Origin: Cyanidioschyzon merolae | Taxonomy: Eukaryota | Direction: 5' to 3' (one strand) | Assembly: GCA_000091205.1 (NCBI GenBank) | Contig: AP006495.2 | Length of the DNA: 64,000 nucleotides | Shown: positions 40,992-51,867 of the stretch, piece by piece | Position numbering within the stretch: position 1 is the first letter of the stretch | Layout: each line of letters starts with the position of its first letter | Notes under the pieces: model-generated | Databases searched by the model: none | Told to the model about the DNA's origin: nothing | The model's input: the letters and a program-made list of their open reading frames with translations, nothing else | Position numbers and translations under genes: made by a program

Positions 40992-41356
40992 ATGCACGCG
41001 AACAAACCTGCGCGCAACGATAAACCTAGCGCCTGCAGCTCAAACGAAACGTCCCGCCATCGACAGCAATTGCAGCACGCAGCGCAGGTTTACGGACGCG
41101 AGCATGCACGGCACTAGAAGCGATTCGGCATCCGTGCCGCCCCGTGCCTACCCTACATGCGCGTCGGCGACAGGGTGAACGCGCGAGCACGTGCCGTACC
41201 CCAGCCGTTAGCAACGAATCAGCGCCGGCGCCGCGCTCATTCGCGCGCATCGTCGGGCGCAGCACCTGCATGCGTGCGCGCACGTGCATCGCATGGAGCT
41301 GCGGCCACGTACAACGTGCCACGTGTCCATGCATCGTGCACGTAGCCGGGCGCTAC

Positions 41357-41420
41357 GTGCTGCTGCTGCTGCGGCGGCGGCAGCGGCGGCAGCGGCGGCA
41401 GCGGCAGCGGCAGCGGCAGC
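41357..41420. repeat. (GCN)~20 trinucleotide repeat (GCT/GCG/GCA)
   Basis: gctgctgctgctgcggcggcggcagcggcggcagcggcggcagcggcagcggcagcggcagcg. It sits between the 3' ends of convergent genes and yields poly-Ala artefact ORFs. Confidence 0.9.
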
Positions 41421-41670
41421 GGGCACCCCGGGATCATCAGGTGCCGGCGGCAGCGTACCGCAGACCCGTGGGCATCGACGGCACATCCGACGCGCCACGC
41501 CTCTAGGTGGCATCGAGCGTTCGCGACTGCCGCCGCCGCCACGCAGTGTCCTGGTGCCGGTGTGCACGCACCGACGGCGGCTGCCAGGAGCGTCTGCCGC
41601 GTCGTCTGCGACGTGCCGGTTGCGGTTGCCGGCTCGTTGACGGTAGGCGCGCCGCTGGCGCCAGCCCGAG

Positions 41671-44600
41671 TCAGGGCGCGGCACGCTGTAGCGCATCCGC
41701 GCGCAGCACCAGGCCGTACACGTACGGGCCGCGCACTCCGCCGTGTGCGTGTCGATCCCACTCGCCGGTGACCTCCAGGTTCAGTATTTTGCTGAAAAAT
41801 TGTTTGATTCGGTAAATTCTGAGCGGCTCCCGATGAGCGGCACCTTGACCAGCCCGTGGTGGTGCACTGTATCGATTGAAGTGGTCTTTGAGATTCCGTA
41901 AACGTACGAAATCCGTGCTCTTGGGGTTTCGGCGCACATTCTCTGTGATATCGTAGTGCTGGAGAAGGAAACCCGCGAATCGGGCGTACGCGTTATCGCT
42001 CCGGTGGATGCGCTCCAGCAGTTCGAGTCGTTCGCTCCGGGTCTGGGGCGGCTCGACGTCTCCCAGACCCTCAAGGGTGATCGGTGCTGTGCGGTCGCTC
42101 GAGGCCGACGAAGAGCGCACGTCGAGACTTTCGCCACTGGCGCCTTGCTCGAGCCAGCGGCTTCCAGCGGGGGCACGCGTTGCGTCATGGTGCAAGGCGC
42201 TGGATCCGGGAGCAGGAGCCTCATTCGGGGCGGATCCATCGCGCGTTCGCTGCTGGGCCGGTGCTTGCGGTGCGGCTGCAGCACCGGACGCTCTTCGCTT
42301 GGTTTTCGCTGCAGATGATACGCTGCCCGCTGTATCATGTTCTAAGCGCTGCGTAACTCGCGCGGCAGCCACCGCGGGGAACCTCTCTGGCATCGTCAAG
42401 TCAGGGTTGGTGCAAACGCCTTCGTCAGCTAGTGCACGTTTCCGTCCAGCTCTGTCCTCTAGATACCGCGCAGCTTCGCCATTATCGTACCGAGTCGAGG
42501 TCGATGCCGGCATCGCGCCGGGTCGCCGGTGCACGCTCGCATCCTCAGCTGCCGACAACGACGGACGCTCATTGATAAGCGCCCACGAGGCAGGTGCGGA
42601 AACGCTGGTTTCGGGTCCCAGCGAATGACCCGGTGCTGGGCGAGGCATGGCGCCCGGTTCTCCGGACTCGAACGCAAAAACAGACCCGGGCAGGTTGGCG
42701 TTCAGCATCGATCGAGTACCCATCGGCTGCGACTGTGACCCCGGTAACGTGGCGGTGCCTCGTGAACTGCCTCGACCGTGGCCCGCCCCACCAGTATGGT
42801 GCAGCAACAGCGGCGATGCGCTCGTGGTACCTGGATCAACCGCCGCGTTGGGCGTGCGCATCATCTGGCCGGGTGACAGGGCTGCCGCCGCTCCACCAGC
42901 CGTCACAAGCGATCGGCTTCCCGACGTCGACACATGCACCGCGGACGACGGATGACTGGCGTTTGGCGCTACAATGCCGCTCAGGCTACTGAGATGCTCC
43001 GTCGGAGGCGCGCGCATAAAGTCAGGATTTGTTCCCGGGACTCGTCCAGTGGGCTCCATGATCGAGCCGCGTGCAAGTGGCGTGGTTGCACCAGCAGACA
43101 AGAGTGCATGAAACGAATCGACGCGGTGCAGTTTCTCGGTGTAGGAATCTTCATCCACGCTACTTGGAGCTCCCACGACGACCTCGGGTATGCTGCGGTC
43201 GGAGCCGCCGCCGCCGCCGCCGCCGCCACCACCAACGCCGCTGCTGCCCATGCCCATGCCGCTCGAAACAAGCGCCATTTGTTGGTTCCCAAATGTGCCC
43301 GCACTCACACCGTACATCAAAGAGGAGCCTCCGTTTCCGCCACCTGGTCCCTGAGCGTAACCGTTACTGCCGCCAAGACCCGGGGAAGGCCCCGCCAGCT
43401 GCGCGCCATTCGCCCCGCTCGCACTGCCGCCCAGATCAAAAACGTTGTGCAGCGGATCGTCTTGGCTCATGGACCAGACCCGTGGGAGCAGTCCAACATG
43501 ATCGCCTCCGATCGAATCACCAGCTATTTCCTGATCATCGATGCTGGCGTCGCTATCTCGCATGGGACGCTCAGGCTGCCTTCCGCTAGGTAGTTCGTGA
43601 CCAAGATCGCTCAGCCCGAAGAGGTCTTCCTGTTTAGAATCCAACACGTTGTAGACCTCATCAATGGGCCAATCGCTCATGAGTTCCTGAGTCCCCTTCA
43701 GCGATAGCGTATTCGGGACCCGCACACCGTAGCCGCGCTTGTTCAGCACAACTTGGCGAAGGTATCGAAGCGCGTCCCGGGCTCGGCGACGTGCTACCCG
43801 ATTCTCGACAACCGGTCGCGGATAGGTGACACCCAGTTCAACCCTAGCCTGATGCAGAATCGTCGGAGGGCATTTCCACACCGCATGGATGTAGCTACTG
43901 GGGATCTGTTGCAACTCTGGACACCAGGTACGCACGTACTCACCCTCGGGGTCTACGCGCATGCCCATCACGACTGGGTTCACGAGGCAATTCAAGGGGA
44001 AAACGTCGTAGTTGCAGCCCGTCACCCACTGCCAGCAGATCGCGTTGCTCGCCAGATCGCCATCGATGAATAGTTTGAAGAGGCAACGAGCCCCGATCTG
44101 CCACGGCAGGAGAAGGTACTTGGTAAAAAAAGAAGCTACAAGAAACCGCAGATTCGAATGCAACCAGCCGGTGTGGTGCAGTTCCCGCATTGCCGCATCA
44201 ACGAGTGGGTAGCCCGTGCGTCCCGAGAGCCACACCTCGAGGAGACGGCCCACATCTTCCTTGGTGCATGGAAAATGATCAAATTCTGGCACCAGTGGTC
44301 TATCCAGGATCGATGGTCGGTAAAATAGCATATGATAAGCGTACTCGCGGAGGCAGAGGTTTCTCAGGAGCGTTCGAGCAGCCCGAATTATTGCATCTGA
44401 TGGCTCAGACTGCAGTACAGACGCCCGAACAGCGTGGTAGAGGCGCCGCGGTGACAATTCTCCGAACCGTAGGTACGGCGAAAGCCGTGATGTCCCGTTT
44501 CGGAGACGCTGTCGTCTTCGAGCGTCCCCATACGTCGGAAAGACACTCGTCAAGAAGTCTTGCAGGCGCTCTGCTACACAATCCACGCCGGGGCGCCAGT

Positions 44601-45348
44601 ACTCCTCAAGGCTGCCTAAGTTGTGTATCTGGTTCCACCAAATTCCCATTTCAGTGTCGGTATCCTCGCCGCCGGGCGACTGCAGCACATCCGACGGTTG
44701 CATCGTGGACTCGGGCACAGCGAACAGAGGCCCCTGATCTCCCGACTGGGAGGCAATGAGCGGCTCTATTCGCTTAGGTGCAGGCAACGGCTCTGGGGGT
44801 GGTGGCATAGCCATCCACGCTGACATGAACTCGTGGAAGGTGTCGAGCGGACGGTCCCCAAAGCTCGCGGGCCTGCTCTCTGTTGCACAAACCTCCCACG
44901 GCTCGACCAGGAGCTCCGCCTTGAAGGACTCAACAGCCAGGCGGTGGTGCTTCGACCATCGCCGCCGCACTTCCTCATCTCTGCGTAACACAACAGGGTC
45001 GTAGACCCGATTCCAGTACACAGCCTCGGCACCGCAGCGTTTCACGACCTCCAGAAGCGTCGTCTCGACGCCGCCGCCGCCGCCGCTTTCCGACTTCGCA
45101 CGCCTCAGAATTAACCCGGTTTCGCAACCTAGCTCCCGAAGTCGTCGGTCAAGTGCAACAATGGAACGACTCAACCACCAACGTGCCGGTCGGCCGAGAC
45201 ACCACATACCGTCCTCTTCGGGTGCCCAGATGAACACCGGCACCACCGGGCCTCCGCGCTGCACGGCAGCAAGCAACGCTGGCATGTCCTCAACACGGAG
45301 GTCGTGGCCGCGGTACCACACAACCGAAGGTCGTCTCGACGACGACAT
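41671..45348 (-). CDS. cryptochrome/photolyase family protein, plant-CRY / class III CPD-photolyase-like, with ~650-aa low-complexity C-terminal extension
   Basis: N-terminal VVWYRGHDLRVEDMPALLAA...PVFIWAPEEDG...GRPARWWL is like plant CRY1 (IVWFRRDLRVEDNPALAAA...VWAPEEEG...GRVSRWWL). FAD-binding region GRTGYPLVDAAMRELHHTGWLHSNLRFLVASFFTKYLLLPW...DPEGEYVRTWCPEL...IHAVW. The C-terminal half is rich in Gly, Ser, Ala and Pro. Confidence 0.85.
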   Translation of the reverse strand: MSSSRRPSVVWYRGHDLRVEDMPALLAAVQRGGPVVPVFIWAPEEDGMWCLGRPARWWLSRSIVALDRRLRELGCETGLILRRAKSESGGGGGVETTLLEVVKRCGAEAVYWNRVYDPVVLRRDEEVRRRWSKHHRLAVESFKAELLVEPWEVCATESRPASFGDRPLDTFHEFMSAWMAMPPPPEPLPAPKRIEPLIASQSGDQGPLFAVPESTMQPSDVLQSPGGEDTDTEMGIWWNQIHNLGSLEEYWRPGVDCVAERLQDFLTSVFPTYGDARRRQRLRNGTSRLSPYLRFGELSPRRLYHAVRASVLQSEPSDAIIRAARTLLRNLCLREYAYHMLFYRPSILDRPLVPEFDHFPCTKEDVGRLLEVWLSGRTGYPLVDAAMRELHHTGWLHSNLRFLVASFFTKYLLLPWQIGARCLFKLFIDGDLASNAICWQWVTGCNYDVFPLNCLVNPVVMGMRVDPEGEYVRTWCPELQQIPSSYIHAVWKCPPTILHQARVELGVTYPRPVVENRVARRRARDALRYLRQVVLNKRGYGVRVPNTLSLKGTQELMSDWPIDEVYNVLDSKQEDLFGLSDLGHELPSGRQPERPMRDSDASIDDQEIAGDSIGGDHVGLLPRVWSMSQDDPLHNVFDLGGSASGANGAQLAGPSPGLGGSNGYAQGPGGGNGGSSLMYGVSAGTFGNQQMALVSSGMGMGSSGVGGGGGGGGGGSDRSIPEVVVGAPSSVDEDSYTEKLHRVDSFHALLSAGATTPLARGSIMEPTGRVPGTNPDFMRAPPTEHLSSLSGIVAPNASHPSSAVHVSTSGSRSLVTAGGAAAALSPGQMMRTPNAAVDPGTTSASPLLLHHTGGAGHGRGSSRGTATLPGSQSQPMGTRSMLNANLPGSVFAFESGEPGAMPRPAPGHSLGPETSVSAPASWALINERPSLSAAEDASVHRRPGAMPASTSTRYDNGEAARYLEDRAGRKRALADEGVCTNPDLTMPERFPAVAAARVTQRLEHDTAGSVSSAAKTKRRASGAAAAPQAPAQQRTRDGSAPNEAPAPGSSALHHDATRAPAGSRWLEQGASGESLDVRSSSASSDRTAPITLEGLGDVEPPQTRSERLELLERIHRSDNAYARFAGFLLQHYDITENVRRNPKSTDFVRLRNLKDHFNRYSAPPRAGQGAAHREPLRIYRIKQFFSKILNLEVTGEWDRHAHGGVRGPYVYGLVLRADALQRAAP

Positions 45349-48014
45349 GCAATACTAGAGGCAAAATTTAGCGCCTTGCGCCGCCTCCACGGCGACGCGT
45401 GCAACAAGTTACCCCCTGTGGTGGTCCAGTGAAAGCACGAATAACCTGGAGGCGTTTTCGTGTTTGGGTACAATCATCCGCGCGGCGACCGTGTGCGCCT
45501 CATGATCGACGCCGTCGTCGGCGCCATCGCCGGTGCCGCGCCCCCAGGCGATGATGCGCGTGCGCGCCTGGCCCTGCAGTGGCGCGGGAGGCGTTCTGTC
45601 GAGGCCGCTGCCCCGATGCCCTCCGACTGAGCGGCAGCGCGAGCGCAGGCGCAGCGCGAATCGTACGCGACGTCGATGCTGGATATGCGTGGATGAGCGC
45701 TCCAGTTGTTCGGATGTGTACATCGTAAAGTTCGGGTCTTTTCTAGACATCTTCAACAACGGCAGTGTTTCAGGGATTTTACGACCACCGATTTCTTTCA
45801 TTCTCTTTTATTTCTGGATTTACAGGAATTGCACGTTCCTGTTTATCCTGCTTCTTTGCGCATCGTTGCAGGATGGTGATGGCAGCACGCACGACCCGAT
45901 TGGGCGGCTTCCGGGTGTTGTTCACGCATTCCATGGAACGGACGGTGGATGCGCTGTACTCGCCGCCTGCCGTGTTCATCTTCTTTGTGTGCAGCCTCGG
46001 TACGCATTTTACTTCTGTGATACTTTGCTGCGGTCAGGTGTAACCGTATACCTATTGCAAAATCGGATTCGAGGACCGCCCTGCGGTGCGTAAACGACTG
46101 TTTCATTGCTCGGCGCATGCTTCTGGTGGATACAGTAGCTGTGCTCGATACCCATCACCGCTTCCGTGCCAGGTGCCGTACCCGCAGGATCACGGGCTGC
46201 TTCTGGGCGATTACCTCCGCGAGCAGTTTATCAGCTGCACACGCAAGCGCGTGCTATTTCATTGGATAGGGGATTTTTGGAAAGTGATTTGTCGTAGGGT
46301 GAAACGAGTGCCAGAAGGGGAGTCCGGGCTGAAGAACAAGTCGAGCGACTTATCCGTTTAGGCTCCATTCGAGCCAACTGATGACGTATTCGTCATGGGA
46401 ACAGGTCGCCGCGTTGACTCATGTCGGAGTCCAAGACCCTCTTCTGTCTAAACGGAAGAGACGGGAGTGCATGGAGTTTATGCTTTGGGAGGCGTTGAAC
46501 TGGCGCAGAATGCCGCTTGCCTTCCAATGACGTTGTGAGGAGGATTTGCCTTTCGAACGGAATAGATTGTCTAACATAAAAAATGCAGTGAAGCTTCAAC
46601 ATGGGCTTGTGAACAAGTTGTCGGGAGACGACGTCGAGCCCTATTCCTCGTCAAATCAGCGGCGCGAATTCCTGCGCCCACGAGTTGCCGTGAAACACGA
46701 CAATCGAACACTTGGACAGTGCACGATAGCTGCATAAAACAGGTATAGAATCGAGAAGCGTAGAGACTTGTATGTATGAGTTGGGACATGATTTCGGCTA
46801 TTTTTCATGCATGTATTCGATTGCGTCGTAAGAGTCACTCCAGAAACTCGAACGAGAATCCCAAAACTGCATATGCATCCATAAGCCCTTGTTGTTGAAC
46901 CTTACGCATTCAGGCTGCACATCAAAAAAAATTTCGAGCGCAATCGAACCGCATGAACAGAGCGAGCAGTTCAGTTTTCAGTTTTCATCTGACTCGGATG
47001 TAGGAGGCTCGTTCACCGCAACCCCCGAAACTGTGGCCGAGTGCCTTCTAGGCGCTGTTTTTCGGTGATCATGGTCAAGTGCAGAAGCCGTTCGTCAGCA
47101 ACTGCGGCGAGCCGAAGCGCGCGTTGTCTCTAGATCGCCCGGGCGATATTCCCATGGCCGAAAAACTCGACACGAAAAGGCAGGCGGGTGCAGCGCCTGC
47201 CCCAGCAGGACAGCGTCACGCAAAACAACAACCGCAGGAGTTTGGTACTCGAGAATCGAACATATGGCGATGTATTCCAGTCTGGAGCATTTGGAAAGGA
47301 CACCCTTCGGTGACGCTTCGCTGCAGGCAATCGAGGTGCCGCTGCCTTGAACGACACCTACTCAGGCCTTTTCATATGAATATGAGGATCTGATGCCAGT
47401 GTGGTGCGACTCAGGCGATCCACGGTCTCCGAGGCGACCGCGTGACATCGCAAACAGCAGCAGCAGCAGCAGCAGACAGCTTGTATTGCACGCTCACCCT
47501 TCTGGTACAAAGTGGAAGTATTGGAACCACAGTCCGCTTTTGTGGATTACCCAAAGACAATTGGCTCAATGCCTATAAGCTTACGCTCTACAGCACAGCA
47601 GCAGTAGCAGCAGTAACATGTCAGAGACTGGTCGTTGCATGGGTATAGCAGTACTCGGGCGCAGCGCGCGCATGTCGAGGTCATGAACAGGAGTTGGCGC
47701 ACGAAACACCACGATGCATTCTTATACAGTTTTGTCACAAAAGATCTATTAACGCGGTGCCGCCGTACGTTGCGATCGCTACGCAGGCGCCGTCGCGGGC
47801 AACACGTCGCCGCGCTCGCTGTCCACAGCAGCAGCGCACCGACGGCGTAGCGCGTCGACGACGAGTCCGATGCATCGGATGCGGTGTACGCGCCGCCTCT
47901 ACCCCCGATGCTACCTTCTAGCAACGGGTAGAGGCCGCGAAACGCTTGTAGCGACCTGTCGTCCGCTACAGCCTGAAGCGTAACACCTGAGCTCTGAGAA
48001 ACACGAGGAGGCTT

Positions 48015-48959
48015 GTGTGCGGTATTCTGAGGTGGCGAGGATCAGCGTTTGAGTGTGTTGGAAAGTGTTTGCGGACGATGACGAGCAACGCCTCTGTAAC
48101 AGGGCCACACCCGGAGAACGGGACGGTGCAACCCGGCGCGGTTCCTGTTCAAGACGCCATGCTGACCGTAACCAACGAGCACGAGTTTGCAGATTCTTCC
48201 GGGAACGTTGCTGTTGGGGAGCAGGCGGCCAGTCTTATGTCAGGGCAAGTGTCGGACACTGCACCGGCATCGCCGCGACGACCCGTACGGACTTCGAAGC
48301 TGGACCCGAACGCACCCCCGGCAGGCCCCGGGTCCGAAGGTGGTGCGCTACCCTCGCGCCGCGTCTACGTTGGCAACCTCGCCTGGAGTGTTTCTTGGCA
48401 AGCTCTGAAAGATCATATGCGCAAGGCTGGCGAGGTGGTTTTCGCGGAAGTGTTCACGGAACGGGACGGTCGCTCGCGCGGTTGCGGGGTGGTGGAGTAC
48501 GCCACGGAGGCCGATTCCGCGAACGCCATTGCCACGCTGAACGACACCGAGCTTCAGGGGAGGCTGATATTTGTGCGCGAGGATCGCGAACCGAACCAGC
48601 CTCTGCGGCGAAACAAGACGTCAGCGTCAGGGTTTCACGGGGCGAACGCCACTACCGGAAATCGCCACCACGAAGCTCGGGGACGTAACCAACCGCCGTC
48701 TTTTCCATCGGATAAGGGTCGCAAGATCATCGTCTGGAACTTGCCATATTCTTATACCTGGCAGGACCTAAAGGACGAATTTCGAGCCTGTGGGAACATT
48801 ATCCGCGCGGACATCTTAATAGACCAGGAAGGGCGCAGTCGCGGCGCCGGCACGATTGTCTTCGAATCAGAGGAGGACGCACAGCGAGCGATCCAGATGA
48901 TGGACCGTGCTGAACTGGCCGGAAGAATCGTGGATGTACGCCTCGACAAGTATGCATAA
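48015..48959 (+). CDS. RNA-binding protein with two RRM domains
   Basis: RRM1 RVYVGNLAWSVSWQALKDHMRKAGEVVFAEVFTERDGRSRGCGVVEYATEADSANAIATLNDTELQGRLIFVRED. RRM2 KIIVWNLPYSYTWQDLKDEFRACGNIIRADILIDQEGRSRGAGTIVFESEEDAQRAIQMMDRAELAGRIVDVRLD. The start may be the Met at ~48078. Confidence 0.75.
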   Translation: MCGILRWRGSAFECVGKCLRTMTSNASVTGPHPENGTVQPGAVPVQDAMLTVTNEHEFADSSGNVAVGEQAASLMSGQVSDTAPASPRRPVRTSKLDPNAPPAGPGSEGGALPSRRVYVGNLAWSVSWQALKDHMRKAGEVVFAEVFTERDGRSRGCGVVEYATEADSANAIATLNDTELQGRLIFVREDREPNQPLRRNKTSASGFHGANATTGNRHHEARGRNQPPSFPSDKGRKIIVWNLPYSYTWQDLKDEFRACGNIIRADILIDQEGRSRGAGTIVFESEEDAQRAIQMMDRAELAGRIVDVRLDKYA

Positions 48960-49457
48960 GGACAGTTCCTTGGTTTGGGGAGACAGAGACCGACACACCA
49001 TTTTGCGAAGCACCGCAGTAGCTGGAGCGCATTCCTGGAATCGTATTTGACTTGGGCCGCCATCGTGATTGCACTGCACACACCACGCATTCGAGACCCA
49101 GTACCCGATTTTGCCGTGCCAGTCCCATTGGGGAGCTTTTCTTCGAGCTCCCCGCCTGCTAAATCCTTCCAGCTACTCTCATGACACGTCGTTCGAGAGA
49201 GGGCTCGCGCGCAAACGAAATCTTTAGCAGCATCTTGCAATCGGGGACCACCAAGGCATATCTACGGATGCGCTGCTCGGCCAAGTTGCAGTACAAGTTT
49301 GCATGTACACTAGCACTTGATTCAGGCCGAACTTCGACGTACGGGGCACTGTCGCCAACAACCTCATGAATAATTGCGCCGAGTCGTTTTCGAACCGAAT
49401 CTGGAATTGAACGCTCTGACTATGAGGCCTTGGTGCGGGGCGTGCATTTGCGCTGCA

Positions 49458-50308
49458 TCAGCCGCATACGGATGCGTCTTCGACGGCGCAGTCCAGGACC
49501 CGAACTCCTGGTTTGTGTGCTTCGTGGTACATGTAATCATCACGGTTTGTTGAGTAGGGGAAGAGGGGCAGGATTGCCTCGTCATGAATTTCGTTCGTGA
49601 AGTCGGCGAAGCCTACGTAGAACGCAAGCGACCCGGCAATGATCGCGCGTGTTGCTGCCGGGTACTTGACACCACTCGCAAACGTTGTAATGGCCAGCAT
49701 GAGGTATATTAGACCGACGAAAAAGACGGTAAGACTCAAAGCGTACTTCGTTCTCAGTGCCTGGGCACAGAGCATTGGGAAACGACGCAGTAAATTACGC
49801 AGTAAATGAAGGTACCTGCTCTATCGGTTGCGGGGGAGCGACTCGGATTGAGCAGCTCCACCAGAAGCTGTATGTCACGAGCGCCCCAGAATACGCTGTA
49901 GATCGAAAACGCGGTTGCGCAGAACAGGTTATCATATCGGAAACACCACATACCGGCAATGAACTGATCAAGATCGCCAGTGATGAGCGCAACCGCGAAC
50001 AGGTTCTTCGCGGTGGTCCCGTGTAAGTCCACGTCCACGAGAAGCGTCGCGATACCGAACGACCGGAGACCACGTGGCGCCGGATTCGCCGCAGCACTCA
50101 CGTGCTCGACCACGGAAGAGTGCTGCTTGAGCGCGTCAACCAACGGGGACTCGCGAGCCGCTGCGTCACTGTTTGCCGATGAAAAACCTCCGCTTCGTTG
50201 CGCAGCGGCATATGCAGCGAACTTTACGCCCTGATCCAGGCTAGGGACTTCCGTACTGGACCGAAGGGCGTGCGAGAGGGATTCACCAAGTGATTGAAGC
50301 GCAGCCAC
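49458..50308 (-). pseudogene. GPR1/FUN34/YaaH (acetate transporter, AceTr) family paralog disrupted by a frameshift
   Basis: ORFs 50308-49754 and 49775-49458 together align with the downstream paralog: NPAPRGLRSFGIATLL signature, then DRAGTFIY..., then in another frame LCAQALRTKYALSLTVFF.... The junction region is 50 nt where the paralog has 51 nt, a 1-nt deficit. A 12-bp direct duplication tttactgcgta/atttactgcgtc sits at the junction. Confidence 0.55.
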
Positions 50309-50654
50309 TTGCTACTCGAGCTGCTGAGCCTCTGAACGCAGGTTTTCATTTTCCGTTGCCAGTTTATTCCAATAACTCGCCCGTGCACTACGAAGGACCT
50401 ATTACAGGTTCGCGCCACGCGTAAACTACAATACAAAAACTATGGTACGCAGATTATGTTTCCCGAAAGATACATGCATGCCGTATCTGCAGTCGATCGC
50501 ACGGTCGGTGTTGAACGAGATCAATGTGTCCCGGGTACACGACGAAAAGCGTCCTGCTGCTCTTGGCGTGCAGCAGGACGTCCGGGCGTCGAAATGGTAT
50601 CCCATCCGGAACCGAACGCGCCCTCAACTTGGACGCATCGAAATCGTTTTCCCC

Positions 50655-50872
50655 AGTGAACTGCGACTTCGCGTGTCCGCTGCGGAGGCGGAACGTGGGT
50701 TCAGTCCAATACCTTCCATTTCTGTTCTTCTAGGGAGAAAAGTGGCATCTTGGACTTACATCCAGTGAACTGCGACTTCGCGTGTCCGCTGCGGAGGCGG
50801 AACGAGGGTTCGGTCCAATACCTTCCATTTCTGTTCTTCTAGGGAGAAAAGTGGCATCTTGGACTTACATCC
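50655..50872. repeat. 109-bp tandem duplication x2
   Basis: Copies at 50655-50763 and 50764-50872 are near-identical: agtgaactgcgacttcgcgtgtccgctgcggaggcggaacg.gggttc.gtccaataccttccatttctgttcttctagggagaaaagtggcatcttggacttacatcc. Confidence 0.9.
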
Positions 50873-50946
50873 CAGCGCGATTTGCGTTCGTGCACCCCTG
50901 CGATGGTGTATACGGACCCAGGTGCGCAGCGAAATGCTGGCCCTAA

Positions 50947-51867
50947 TCAAACAGGCGGGATATCGACGGCGCTCTTATGAGCATGCGGCCGAGGTACGTA
51001 CCGCTTGCCTTCTTCGTAGTCGCGAGCGTGTCGCGGATGTGGAAACAAAGGAATCAGCGGTTTCTCATATATTTCGTTGGTAAAGTCTGCTAGACCCACG
51101 TAGAAAGCGAGCGATCCGGCGATGATCGCACAAGTCGCTGCAACGTACTTGACGCCCTCCACGTATGCAGTAATTGCTAGGAAAATGTACACGAGGGCGA
51201 CAAAGAATACCGTCGCGCTCAAGGCGTAATTCATTCGCAGTGCTTGAACTAATAGAATCAAGGTCAGGATGCAAAATATCACATAAAAAATACAGGTTCC
51301 CGCGCGATCAGCGGACGGGAAAAGTCCCGGATGGAGCAGCTCCACTAACAGCTGCACGCCACGCGCACCCCAGTATGATCCGAACAGGGAAAAAGCCGTT
51401 GCGCCGAACGTATTGTTCCGCCGGAAACACCACATACCCGCGAGAATTTGTGCCAAACCCCCAATAATGAGCGCCACAGAAAAAGTGTTTTTAGCAGTCG
51501 CACCGTACAGATCAGCACCGGCTAGCAGCGTCGTCACTCCAAAGGCAAACAGACCAAGTGGCGTCGGGTTCGCCACCATACTAGCCAGGGAGATCACCTG
51601 GGACTGTTGCTGTAGCGCGTCCAAGATCTGCATACTGTCTCGATGATGAATTTGCTCCTCTAGAGAAAGGCTCATATTTCGATCGTTTTGCGAATCGAAA
51701 CGCGCAGCCAGGCACTTGTGAGCAGCGCAAGCCTCGAACTCGCGTGCCGCGGCAGCCGCACCCGCCGCTACCTTTTGTTGGAGCGCGGTCACGCGCTCTT
51801 CCAAGAGGCTGATCCTCTCAAGCAAGGAAAGATTTCCCAAGTCCGCGTCGGTCATCAGGAAACGCAA
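50947..51867 (-). CDS. GPR1/FUN34/YaaH family acetate/monocarboxylate transporter (AceTr)
   Basis: Family signature NPTPLGLFAFGVTTLL. Six hydrophobic segments. The N-terminal coiled-coil region LSLLERISLLEERVTALQQK is typical of eukaryotic Ady2/Gpr1-like members. Confidence 0.8.
   Translation of the reverse strand: MRFLMTDADLGNLSLLERISLLEERVTALQQKVAAGAAAAAREFEACAAHKCLAARFDSQNDRNMSLSLEEQIHHRDSMQILDALQQQSQVISLASMVANPTPLGLFAFGVTTLLAGADLYGATAKNTFSVALIIGGLAQILAGMWCFRRNNTFGATAFSLFGSYWGARGVQLLVELLHPGLFPSADRAGTCIFYVIFCILTLILLVQALRMNYALSATVFFVALVYIFLAITAYVEGVKYVAATCAIIAGSLAFYVGLADFTNEIYEKPLIPLFPHPRHARDYEEGKRYVPRPHAHKSAVDIPPV

Noticed and set aside
42008-43593. Several 170-220-aa plus-strand ORFs inside the cryptochrome gene (Ala/Arg-rich)
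   Set aside because: These are antisense reading frames of a GC-rich low-complexity coding region.
46930-46960. gcaatcgaaccgc, resembling the reverse complement of a tRNA T-arm
   Set aside because: The flanks do not form acceptor, D or anticodon stems.
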